A DNA stretch of 64,000 nucleotides, taken from contig JAVRCJ020000011.1 in assembly GCA_034530875.2 (NCBI GenBank), forward strand, positions 32,001 through 96,000. The letters are read 5' to 3'. The first letter of the stretch is position 1; each line of letters opens with the position of its first letter. The translations under genes were made by a program, and so were the position numbers. Origin of the DNA: Nostoc sp. DedSLP01 (GTDB lineage: Bacteria; Cyanobacteriota; Cyanobacteriia; Cyanobacteriales; Nostocaceae). Below, piece after piece: positions 10,320-19,818 of the stretch. Below the pieces are notes generated by a model, which made no database searches, was not told the DNA's origin, and worked only from the letters and a program-made list of their open reading frames with translations.

Positions 10320-10397
10320 AGACTTATCCCGACATCTTACTTTCTAGTTTAGTAATATGAATTTTATTTCTTTCTAACTTATTTAGAACGATGTTTT

Positions 10398-10742
10398 TCA
10401 GCTTGCAGGACGCACAACCCTAATCAACTTACTTTGTAGGGATTCTTGAGATGCTACGATCGCTTCATTAATTCGAGTTGCCATACGAATTCTATCGCTG
10501 TCGTTGGTGCAGACAATAATACCAAGATGCTCACAACTGGAACGATGTAAGCGAATAAAATCTTGGCGATTGAGGGTCACAACTGCACGATTGTCTTTCA
10601 TAGCAAAAGCTAATACATCCTCATCGGGGACACCCAAGTTATCATTGCCAGCTTCCTGCACCGTCAAAACATCATGTCCCATTTGCCGAAGTAGTTCGCT
10701 AACTAACCGTGGAAACTGCTCATCAGCATACAGACGTGCCAT
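10398..10742 (-). CDS. DUF5615 PIN-like toxin
   Basis: LYADEQF, PDEDVL and VVTLNRQDF PIN-like acidic motifs; directly downstream of DUF433. Confidence 0.85.
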   Translation of the reverse strand: MARLYADEQFPRLVSELLRQMGHDVLTVQEAGNDNLGVPDEDVLAFAMKDNRAVVTLNRQDFIRLHRSSCEHLGIIVCTNDSDRIRMATRINEAIVASQESLQSKLIRVVRPAS

Positions 10743-10745
10743 CGG

Positions 10746-11075
10746 CTAGCCAACCTCGTTATTACCCCGAATTGCGGCCGCAATTTCTTCAGGATAGGCA
10801 TCGGCATAAGCCCAAGCATTGACGAGATCGGCAGCAGTGATATGAGGATAGTCCTGCAAAAGTTGGGCTTCAGGGATGCCTAATTGTTGTGCTTCAACTA
10901 AAAGCCAAACGGCAATTCTGGTTCCGGCAATACATGCTTCTCCACCGCATACACCAGGGGTTTTAGTGATTCCCTTGCCGCTAGTGCTAAGATTTTTGGT
11001 TAGGCTTTGAATAATCTCTGCTTTGTCAGCAAGCGATAAATTGAGAAGTTGACGTTCGAGTTCTTGAAGAGTCAT
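10746..11075 (-). CDS. DUF433 protein (putative antitoxin)
   Basis: ITKTPGVCGGEACIAGTRI...LLQDYP signature. Confidence 0.9.
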   Translation of the reverse strand: MTLQELERQLLNLSLADKAEIIQSLTKNLSTSGKGITKTPGVCGGEACIAGTRIAVWLLVEAQQLGIPEAQLLQDYPHITAADLVNAWAYADAYPEEIAAAIRGNNEVG

Positions 11076-11528
11076 GCAGAACGGGGATGCTTAGGAATTA
11101 AATTGATTGTAGCGAACTGGTTCATAGACCTATCCTGACATCTTAACTGTCTAATTTAGTGGTGTGTGGGGTGCGATCGCTGCCAGGAGATGATGGAGAG
11201 CGATCGCACCTAGCTAGTATTCTGCTGAAAAATTTTTCAGCTATGGCTATATAGAAAACCCGCCCTCAACGTTAAAGGGGTGCAGATATCTTTCACCCTG
11301 CAAGTAGCCTAAAGTTTACCGCCACTTTCGATGAACCTACTGTCTCATGGGAGTTCAGGATTACCTTAGCAGCTATGAGTAAGGTTACATTTATGATTAT
11401 CATTTAAATTTTTGTGTACTTTGATTAAGTTTTGTGATATTTTCGGATATGTGAAGTGCTGCTTCATCACCTAAAAACTTTTGGTTGAACTTTTTTCAGT
11501 TAGCAATCTAGTAAGGTAGAACTGCAAT

Positions 11529-12488
11529 ATGCCATTTACCATTGATTCCGCTCGTGGTATCTTTCCCAACACATTAGCGGCTGATGTTGTACCTGCAACA
11601 ATAGCCAGGTTCAATCAGCTCAGTGCTGAAGATCAACTTGCACTAATTTGGTTTGCTTACCTGGAAATGGGCAAGACAATCACTATTGCGGCTCCTGGAG
11701 CTGCAAGTATGCAATTTGCTGAGCCGACATTGAATCAAATTCGGCAAATGTCTTTTACCGAGCAATCACAAGTGATGTGCGATCTGGCAAACCGAGCAGA
11801 TACACCAATTACCCGCACATACGCCGTTTGGTCTGTAAACATCAAACTAGGTTTCTGGTATCAGTTAGGGAAATGGATGGATCAAGGGATTGTTGCACCA
11901 ATTCCCCCAGGGTATAAGCTTTCTGCTAATGCTGGTGCTGTTCTGCAAGCAATTAGAGAACTTGATGCAGGTCAGCAAATTACAGTCTTGCGTAATTCTG
12001 TAGTTGATATGGGATTTGACCCAAATAAATTGGATGGTAAAAAAAGAGTTTCTGAGCCTGTTGTTGTTCCTAAAGAGATATCACAGCGAACTCAAGTCAC
12101 TATTGAAGGCGTTGATAACCCAATAGTGTTAAGTTATATGAATAACCTTAACGCTAACGATTTTGATGCGCTGATTGAGTTATTCACATCTGATGGTGCC
12201 CTGCAACCTCCCTTCCAAAGACCGATAGTTGGTAAAGATGCTGTCCTACGGTTTTTTAGAGAAGATTGTCAAAACCTCAAGTTAATTCCAGAAAGAGGAG
12301 TAGTTGAACCTGCTGAAGACGGTTTTACTCAAATTAAAGTCACCGGCAAAGTCCAAACTCCCTGGTTTGGTGCTAGCGTGGGTATGAATATGGCTTGGAG
12401 ATTCTTGGTAACTCCTGAGAATAAAATTTTCTTTGTAGCTATTGATTTGCTGGCATCTCCCAAAGAACTATTAAACTTAGTTCGTTAG
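11529..12488 (+). CDS. ocp: Orange carotenoid protein (OCP1-type, next to frp)
   Basis: MPFTIDSARGIFPNTLAAD N-terminus, LQPPFQRPIVG, KVQTPWFG and AWRF; full NTD+CTD, 319 aa. Confidence 0.97.
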   Translation: MPFTIDSARGIFPNTLAADVVPATIARFNQLSAEDQLALIWFAYLEMGKTITIAAPGAASMQFAEPTLNQIRQMSFTEQSQVMCDLANRADTPITRTYAVWSVNIKLGFWYQLGKWMDQGIVAPIPPGYKLSANAGAVLQAIRELDAGQQITVLRNSVVDMGFDPNKLDGKKRVSEPVVVPKEISQRTQVTIEGVDNPIVLSYMNNLNANDFDALIELFTSDGALQPPFQRPIVGKDAVLRFFREDCQNLKLIPERGVVEPAEDGFTQIKVTGKVQTPWFGASVGMNMAWRFLVTPENKIFFVAIDLLASPKELLNLVR

Positions 12489-12619
12489 AAAGATACTCAG
12501 TTTGAGTAAATTCCGAAAAATTGGTGCGAACGCTCTGTTATTCAGGGCGTTCCCCATTGTGGAGTAAAACGTGCAACTCAATATAAAATGACTCGAACGA
12601 TGATATTTTAGGTTTGATA

Positions 12620-12946
12620 ATGCAAGTGAGCGATACACAGTGGTCTACAGCAGAGAAACAGCTGGCTGAAGCAGTTTTTAAAAGAGCCTATGAAAGAGAA
12701 ATCAATGCTTTGATTGAAGAAGTTCGCGTCAGAGCAAGTGCGATCGTAGAACTTGATGATATGTGGCGCTTACATGACTTCTTAAGTGCAAGAAGACATG
12801 ATATAGATGGCAAGTACGACTACAGATATTCTGTACTCATCTTTGTATTTGCTCGGTTAGTCAAAGAGGGCTGGTTAGCTCTTGATGAATTAAACGAACT
12901 CGACAAAGATAAGCTTACCAAAGTAGCAGCTCTTGCAAGAATGTAA
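12620..12946 (+). CDS. frp: Fluorescence recovery protein
   Basis: AYEREI, WRLHDFLSARRHDIDGKYD signature; immediately downstream of ocp. Confidence 0.95.
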   Translation: MQVSDTQWSTAEKQLAEAVFKRAYEREINALIEEVRVRASAIVELDDMWRLHDFLSARRHDIDGKYDYRYSVLIFVFARLVKEGWLALDELNELDKDKLTKVAALARM

Positions 12947-13274
12947 AATAAAACATTCAAAGCTTACGCCCTATCTAAAAATTTCTCTTGATTGAGTGTT
13001 CTTTGTGCTTCTGTGATTAAAACATCATTGATTTAACTATAGAAGCGCAGAGAACACAAATATTATTAAGTAGCGAATTATATTCGCCCAATTATTTCTT
13101 TTTTCAACGCAAAGGTACGCGGAGGTTAGCGCAGAGGTACGCAGAGGTTTTCTTATATGTAATTTTGATATGTCCCAAAATAATTAGGCGCATCTTGATA
13201 GAGAATTGGTATCACGAATGATTGAGGATTGTTAGCCTGGGAATTGATTCCCAGGTGGGTGACTACCAACAAGG

Positions 13275-13895
13275 TTAACGCAGTTGCATCAAGCTTAGTT
13301 CTGGCAATGTGGTTCCGTTGAGGAAGCAGTTCTCCAAATGTACTTGAGTCAGGTCTATTTCTGTTAGGTCAACGTAGCTGAGATCGGTTTTAAAGAAAAT
13401 GGCCTTGGCAAGATTGGTATGGCTGAGGTCTGCTTTGCTCAAGTTTGCCCCAGTCAGGTTTGCACGACTCAGATCTGCCCTACCCAAGTTTGCGCCACTG
13501 AGGTTGGCGTAGCGTAAATCTGCCCCAGCCAAGTTTGCACTGCTGAGGTCTGCGTCACGCAAATCTGCTAAGCGTAAGTCCGCTTTGGCAAGGTTTCCTT
13601 TGTGCAGATCTGCCTTGGTGAGATTTGCCCGAATCATGTTAGCAGCTTTGAGGTTTGCCCAGATTAAATGAGCTCGGCTGAGGTTGGTTCTCCACAAGGA
13701 TGCCGCTGTCAAATTTGCTTGAGTCAAATTAGCTCCAGAGAGGTTGGCATGGGATAAAGTCGCATTCGCCAAGTTTGCTCTATCTAAACTGATTCCAGCT
13801 AGGCACGCCTCGCTGAGGTTAACCAAGTGCAGGCTTACCTGGGTGAAATTTCTCTCTCCTGCACAATAGCGTTTGAGAAGTTCATCAGCATCCAT
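13275..13895 (-). CDS. Pentapeptide repeat protein
   Basis: ELLKRYCAGERNF N-cap followed by many A(N/D)Lxx repeats. Confidence 0.92.
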   Translation of the reverse strand: MDADELLKRYCAGERNFTQVSLHLVNLSEACLAGISLDRANLANATLSHANLSGANLTQANLTAASLWRTNLSRAHLIWANLKAANMIRANLTKADLHKGNLAKADLRLADLRDADLSSANLAGADLRYANLSGANLGRADLSRANLTGANLSKADLSHTNLAKAIFFKTDLSYVDLTEIDLTQVHLENCFLNGTTLPELSLMQLR

Positions 13896-14280
13896 ACAGC
13901 CCGCCTTTTAAATCTCCATTTATTACCCGAAAATCAGACTATCCAATCAATAATTATTGGAAATATTTTGATGTCACTTTTCACTGTTAGCAAAGATACT
14001 CAGGAACATAAACACATTTGCGATCGCTTCACCAAGGCTAAAGGAATTTTTTGCTGTAGCTTTGGATACTGAGCAATGGAAAGTTGCCTTGGATATATTG
14101 CTTAACAGTGATTTTAGGCATTTTTTAATTTTATTTAATTATATAAAGAAATATAACAAATTTGTTACAAATAAGCAATGCTTTCTGCACTATGTGTTGA
14201 TAATTTTTGTTTATTCTAAAAAATAAATTTTACTTATCAATCACTTTTTGCGGTGTCTTTTTGCTTATTGGGCTATAAGA

Positions 14281-14365
14281 CAATACCGTTCAGTTAAGCT
14301 TTTTTCTCCTCCCCCTGCCTCCTCTGCCTGCCTTAACAGATAAATTCCTTAACCCAACCGTATTG
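14281..14365. mobile_element. 85-bp MITE with 18-bp imperfect TIRs and a 10-bp target-site duplication
   Basis: CAATACCGTTCAGTTAAG ... CTTAACCCAACCGTATTG, flanked by GGCTATAAGA (14271-14280) and GGCTATGAGA (14366-14375). Confidence 0.8.
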
Positions 14366-15505
14366 GGCTATGAGAGCGATCGCAATTCAAATTTCATTAG
14401 TGCATGATATTCTTTGACCAATCCCAAATTACGCCAGAAAAAGAATCCGATAGATACACCTATTCAAACCCTTGTAATATCTAGTTCTCTGAATGCGTAA
14501 ATTTTGAATTGGTATTACCTACTTGCTTAGTTTGGTTTTTACTAGTTTTATTACAATGTAAAATTATTGCAAAAAATATTTATATTAGTTTATATCTTTT
14601 GACAGATTTGGAAAAACAATGTCAAATTTATCTTTCTGGCTTAATCCAAGTATATTCCTTAAAATTTACGAACTTTCCCCAATTGACGAACAGAATTACT
14701 TAGAGGCATAACTATAAAAACTAATTTTGATGACCCAAAAAAGATTTAATCGATCGATTATTTTTAGATATACTTTCAACAACTATGAAACTATTAATGT
14801 CCATCAAGGTAAGTAATTTTTTTCACTGGCGATCGAGATACAGGAGAGTGCAGGTAAATGAGTTACAAAGTTTCAGAATAAAGCTATAAATGAAGAGACT
14901 TAATAACTCTGTTTACTATTGCCTATCTCGAAGAATGAATTTAATTTTGCGCGAATAGTTAGTAACTTCAATCAAAATTTTTGGTTTCTATAGTCAGGCT
15001 TATTATAATGTTTAAATCTATCTAAAATTGTAAGCATTTAGGAGTCAGAATGTTTAAAGAATTAAGAGAAATATTTGATGAACCAATTTACTATTCTACT
15101 AGATACCTGTAAATTCTGACTTCTGAACGGCAGTTGACGCCAGTCGCCTCAAGTCGGGAAACTCTAGTAGAGTACTGCCTCCTCCTGGGTGCTGAATTCT
15201 TACGTAAAATTTATGTTAACTTGGTAAGAAACTTAATGTTTATTGGATTTATAAATCTTCCAAATTTATCACGTTATTGTGGATATGTCGGTTTAGAAGT
15301 AGCAGAAATTGTTGCTAAATACCTTGCAGTTCAAAGCAAAACTTACGTCATTCAAAATCGGAAAATATTAATATATCAGCTTTTAAAGTCTGGTCTCGAT
15401 TCTCATACAGCTCATCGAACAATTAACGTACTGATATCGAGTTCAATTTTACAATCAACTAACAAAAATCAGTGTGCAATTCAAGAGTGTTGAGTTGGGA
15501 AGATG

Positions 15506-15632
15506 GCTCGGGTAAAATCTCCAATTTTTTTTCTCTACCTGCATGACCTCAACGCGAGCTTGAATCATCAGCCACACTGCTAAGGTAAAGCGATCGCCGT
15601 TATAGCCAAAATCAACCCACTTTCTCTTCCAA
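15506..15632 (-). pseudogene. Remnant of an IS5-family (IS1031-like) transposase
   Basis: Minus-strand translation WVDFGYNGDRFTLAVWLMIQARVEVM, then frameshifted LEILP, resembles the WVDxGY...VEV...FEVLPKRW region of cyanobacterial IS5 transposases. Confidence 0.6.
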
Positions 15633-15636
15633 ATGG

Positions 15637-16257
15637 CTACAAACTCCATGCAGCCTGAAAAAACTCATACTCACACAACATCGCATAACGATAAGTTGAA
15701 TGCACAACAGTATTATTCGTGGCATAATTCTCAACTAAACTTTCTAACTGCTGTGTCAACGGCTGAAAATCCGCACTACTGTAAGTCCGAATCCAGCCTC
15801 CATACTGATGATTCGGAATGCCATTTCTAGCTAACTCTTCTCCCAAAAAAGCATACAAACGCATACAAGGGGACATCGCCGCGGCCGTTAAACCGACATC
15901 TTGTCCCCAAGCAGTTGCTAACAAAAAATCAGTATAGCGACGCGTAGCAGCTCCAAGTTCCACAGAATGCAAATTAACTCCCCACTGGGAAGCATAGCCA
16001 CTATGGAATTCCAGTTCTGCTAAAACTCCACTAGCTAGGTGATGAAATCTAGTGAAACCCACCCAATCTGGTGCTTTAGCTGCGGCAATACTATACGCAC
16101 GGGCAAAAGCTTCTAAGAAAAAAGCATCTTGCCCTACATAGTAAGCAAACTTCGCGGCCTCAAGAGTACCATCACCAATGCCTCGAACAAAAGGATGCTC
16201 TAAACACGCTTTGGCTAAATCTTGATTCGTCTTCCATAATTCATTAGGTAAAGTCAT
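15637..16257 (-). CDS. tenA: TenA family protein (thiaminase II / aminopyrimidine aminohydrolase)
   Basis: HPFV, YYVGQDAFFL, PCMRLY (catalytic Cys), WIRTY and EYEFF motifs. Confidence 0.88.
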   Translation of the reverse strand: MTLPNELWKTNQDLAKACLEHPFVRGIGDGTLEAAKFAYYVGQDAFFLEAFARAYSIAAAKAPDWVGFTRFHHLASGVLAELEFHSGYASQWGVNLHSVELGAATRRYTDFLLATAWGQDVGLTAAAMSPCMRLYAFLGEELARNGIPNHQYGGWIRTYSSADFQPLTQQLESLVENYATNNTVVHSTYRYAMLCEYEFFQAAWSL

Positions 16258-16353
16258 TGGTCATTGGTCATTGGTCATTAGTCATTAGCTATTAAATATT
16301 TTCCCCTGTGCCCCTGTGCCTCCCCATCTCCCCATCTTCCCAATCCCTAGTCC

Positions 16354-17124
16354 CTAAAAAGGTAAAAACTGAAGCAACAGTGAGCCAACACTTCCGAAAA
16401 GCTCAACGAAATTGGGCTTACCAGAGCTTACCTTTTCAGTATAGGGTGTTTGCAGTTCTTTCATAAAAGCTTGTGCTGTTTGCATTCCAGAGCTGTTATT
16501 TTGGGAGGTAAACAATTTGTCTGCAACTTGGGCATCTACAAATGCACCTTGTCTATCTAATATTTGGTAGCGGGAGACACCACGAGCTAGATAAGCACCT
16601 GCATAGTCTGGTTTAATGGCGATCGCTTGACTAAAATAACTAATTGCTTGCTGTTGGTTGCCTTTTTCTGCTTGTGCTACACCCAAAGCATAAAAATCTT
16701 CCGGTGAAGCGATTTGTGATGGTATTCCGATTGCGCCTTGGAAGTTAGTACCATTCAGGTAAGCGCCATTTAATTCTGCATTTGTTAAATAGCTATTTCT
16801 CAAATCAGTACCCGCTAAATTTGCGCCACTAAATCTCGCTTCGCTCAGGTTAGCGCCAAATAAACTAGCACCAGCCAAATTTGCACCCCGTAAATCAGCA
16901 CCGGCCAAGTTTGTGCGGCTGAGGTTTGCACCTGCAAGATTAGCACCGCTTAAATTCGCTCCAGATAAATCAGCCATCACTAAACCTGCATTAGCCAAAT
17001 CGCAATTTTGGCATTGTTTGGTTGCTAATAACTGTTTCACGTGTTCAGAATTCGCCGCTTGTACGGTTGTTGTCAGGCTAACCAAAGTTAAAAATGTGGC
17101 TGTGGCAAGAATTTGATTTTTCAT
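16354..17124 (-). CDS. Exported pentapeptide repeat + TPR protein
   Basis: Signal peptide (..VQA), LLATKQCQNCDL cap, pentapeptide repeats and a C-terminal TPR (AIAIKPDYAGAY). Confidence 0.88.
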   Translation of the reverse strand: MKNQILATATFLTLVSLTTTVQAANSEHVKQLLATKQCQNCDLANAGLVMADLSGANLSGANLAGANLSRTNLAGADLRGANLAGASLFGANLSEARFSGANLAGTDLRNSYLTNAELNGAYLNGTNFQGAIGIPSQIASPEDFYALGVAQAEKGNQQQAISYFSQAIAIKPDYAGAYLARGVSRYQILDRQGAFVDAQVADKLFTSQNNSSGMQTAQAFMKELQTPYTEKVSSGKPNFVELFGSVGSLLLQFLPF

Positions 17125-17420
17125 ATTTGCGTAATATTTATTACTCAACAATCAATATTAACCGAGATATATTTATACCTCAGCCTATGATATTAGCAAT
17201 CTCAACACTTTGCCCTCTGTAGTTGTCCATATCACTTAGAATGAACCGCCAAGCACGCATAAACAGGTTCTACTTGTGAATCCGCAAGGTAGTACAAAAA
17301 CAAATGTTAATCGTCAACATCAAATCCCATCCGCTAAAAGTTGTGGAACGCTTAGTGTTAAAGCACACTTATAGTAATTCTCATTTGAATGGGGTACATG
17401 GGTAGGGGCTTTACAGCTGT

Positions 17421-17742
17421 CATTGGTGTCAACTTAAGCAAAAAGGAGGCATAAGATGTAATCTAAGAACAAATTGTGTATTGATGTGGCATAGACGCGA
17501 AGCGGCTTGCCTTTGGCATCGCTGTCAACCAACCTTTAGACCGAATTTCTACAAAATGGTGTTTCGCGGTTTATACCATTTTTCTCAAGCTGTTCTCTGT
17601 GGTGATGCCACTGACGCTGTTCTTACCTTATGGAATATCAAAAGCTGTTTGGATTAGTTAAAACTAGGCGTAAGGGTCACCCTTGAGATTGACGCTTACA
17701 CCGAACAAATTTGGCCAAAATCTTCTTAAGTTGACACCAATG
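17421..17742. mobile_element. 322-bp MITE with perfect 18-bp TIRs, inserted in a REP-like palindrome
   Basis: CATTGGTGTCAACTTAAG at 17421-17438 and CTTAAGTTGACACCAATG at 17725-17742; no transposase ORF. Confidence 0.85.
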
Positions 17743-17805
17743 ATAGTTTTAAAGCGCCTACGCCGTGCTCGTCAATACTTGATATAAAATCAACAAACCC
17801 CAACC

Positions 17806-18582
17806 ATGACTCAGCAACCAACCAATCTAGACAATAAAACTGTATTTGAGCAGTTGTGGAATCTTACAAAAGAACTCCGGCAAAAATTAGAGTCTCGTTT
17901 TGAGTTAAACCCAGATCCTTCTGTAGAAGATTTACAAGAATACAGCAGTCTTGACGGTAATATCAAAGGTTCTCTTAGCGCATTTTCGGGAAAAGAAATT
18001 GATTGGCTAGTGCATTCGTGGTTAGGAAACCCCGAAAAATCAAACTTTAGCACCATGCGCCTCACCACTTGGTTAGCGCCGCATATCGAAGTTCCCCATT
18101 TAGCATTTGAGTTTGGCACGCTTCCCAATGCAGATATTTTATTTTATATAGATTACGTTGCTCGCACTGACCTTTTAACCGATTTAGCATATCTCGATCG
18201 CTATTACGAACCAGTCAACCAAACATTTTTAAAGTTGCAAGACGAGACGCGCCTCAAGGCATTTACTAGCAAAAGCGTTTACGTTCGCCTATTTCAATCC
18301 CCCGTTAGTCTTTGCTACACTGGCGCACCTACTTCTGATACCCTCGAAATCACTCGCACAGTTGCACTCGAAACACTAGAACGCTGGCTAACTTGGGCAG
18401 ACGCAGCCGAACCTGTATCAGAAGATGCACGGAATACTTTAGCAACTCGCGATTTATTACTACGCCGAACCGCCGCCGAACGCGACCCTGGTAATAAATT
18501 TGCCGCCCAACTTTTTGGTACTCAATTAACAGATAAACTAGTACGATCGCTTTGGGGTGGCGATCGTAAAATTAGTCATTAG
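17806..18582 (+). CDS. Red chlorophyll catabolite reductase-like protein (ferredoxin-dependent bilin reductase superfamily)
   Basis: EIDWLVHSWL, PHLAFEF, DYVARTDL, YLDRYY, VRLFQSP and RDLLLRR...ERDP pattern. Confidence 0.75.
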   Translation: MTQQPTNLDNKTVFEQLWNLTKELRQKLESRFELNPDPSVEDLQEYSSLDGNIKGSLSAFSGKEIDWLVHSWLGNPEKSNFSTMRLTTWLAPHIEVPHLAFEFGTLPNADILFYIDYVARTDLLTDLAYLDRYYEPVNQTFLKLQDETRLKAFTSKSVYVRLFQSPVSLCYTGAPTSDTLEITRTVALETLERWLTWADAAEPVSEDARNTLATRDLLLRRTAAERDPGNKFAAQLFGTQLTDKLVRSLWGGDRKISH

Positions 18583-18670
18583 TCAAACAATTTTGGATTT
18601 TAGATTTTAGATTTTAGATTTTTTCTTGAATCCAAAATCCAAAATCCAAAATCTAAAATTTTTCTGCCCT

Positions 18671-19705
18671 ATGCCCAATAATCCAGAATCCTACCGTGCC
18701 TTAGCGCTGCAAGTTACCTGTCATGCAGTCAACCAAGCAAGCGATCGCCAGGAAGCGCGATCGCTGATGCTAAACTCGATCCATCGCCTAGCGCCACAAA
18801 TTGCAGCTAGTATTGCTTTCATTGGCTTTGATTGTCGTTTAATTGTGCTGCCGGAATATTTTCTTACAGGTTTTCCAATGGGAGATACTCTCGCAGGATG
18901 GGCAGAAAAAGCTTGTATAGAAATGGCTGGTGCTGAGTATGAAGCACTGGGAAAAATTGCTCAAAAGCATAAAATCTTTTTGGCTGGTAACGCCTACGAA
19001 GTCGATCCCAACTTTCCCGGATTATACTTTCAAACCTGCTTTATAATTGACCCTTCTGGCTCGATTATCTTACGCTATCGGCGGTTAAATTCTTTATTTG
19101 CTCCTACTCCCCATGACGTTTGGGATAAATATCTCGATTGCTATGGTTTAGAAGGAGTCTTCCCCGTAGCCAAAACTGAGATTGGTAATTTAGCAGCTAT
19201 AGCATCAGAAGAAATTTTGTATCCCGAAGTAGCGCGGTGTCTAGCCATGCGAGGAGCAGAGATTTTTGTGCATTCCACTTCCGAAGTGTATAACAAAAAC
19301 CTTACACCTAAAGATGCTGCCAAAATTACTCGCGCTGTAGAAAATATGGCATATATCGTATCAGCTAATACCGCAGGCATCGCTAATATTGCTATCCCCA
19401 TTGCTTCCGCTGATGGTGGTTCAAAAATCATCGATTATCGCGGAATAGTCATAGCTGAAACAGGCGCAGGCGAAAGTATGGCAGCATTCGCTGAGATTGA
19501 TTTAGCAGCATTACGTCGCGATCGCCGCAGACCAGGGTTAAATAATTTACTCTCACGCCAACGATTTGAACTCTACGCCGAAAGTTATCGGATGTCACAC
19601 TTTTACCCCGCTAATACTATGCTGGAAAAAGAAGTAGACCGCAAACACTTCTTACAAACCCAGCAAGCCACCATTGAACGGTTAGCACAACTAGGAATAA
19701 TTTGA
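18671..19705 (+). CDS. Nitrilase-superfamily carbon-nitrogen hydrolase with a non-canonical triad
   Basis: VLPEYF, YFQTCFIIDPSG, LAMRGAEI, RAVEN and GGSKIIDYRG. The likely start is ATG 18671; the upstream extension is repeat-derived. Confidence 0.85.
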   Translation: MPNNPESYRALALQVTCHAVNQASDRQEARSLMLNSIHRLAPQIAASIAFIGFDCRLIVLPEYFLTGFPMGDTLAGWAEKACIEMAGAEYEALGKIAQKHKIFLAGNAYEVDPNFPGLYFQTCFIIDPSGSIILRYRRLNSLFAPTPHDVWDKYLDCYGLEGVFPVAKTEIGNLAAIASEEILYPEVARCLAMRGAEIFVHSTSEVYNKNLTPKDAAKITRAVENMAYIVSANTAGIANIAIPIASADGGSKIIDYRGIVIAETGAGESMAAFAEIDLAALRRDRRRPGLNNLLSRQRFELYAESYRMSHFYPANTMLEKEVDRKHFLQTQQATIERLAQLGII

Positions 19706-19707
19706 AT

Positions 19708-19818
19708 TGGGTATTGGGCATTGGGCATTGGGCATGGGGCATTGGCAGTCATAACTTAACTAATGACTAATGACTAATAACTAATGACAAATGACTAATG
19801 ACAAATGACTAATAACAA
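19708..19818. repeat. STRR heptamer arrays (TTGGGCA / ATGACTA / ATGACAA)
   Basis: Tandem 7-mers in the intergenic gap. Similar arrays occur at about 2700-2820, 16250-16350, 40790-40880, 43620-43750, 51585-51800 and 53780-53865. Confidence 0.9.

Noticed and set aside
13275..13895. Assignment as hetL
   Set aside because: The N-cap is shared by many Nostocales pentapeptide paralogues; orthology cannot be established by eye
14509..15493. ORFs 14509-14703 and 15134-15493
   Set aside because: TTG starts, AT-rich low-complexity translations, partial overlap with dispersed repeats and no recognisable motif
16258..16353. TPP riboswitch upstream of tenA
   Set aside because: The gap is filled with STRR repeats and no TPP aptamer consensus is visible
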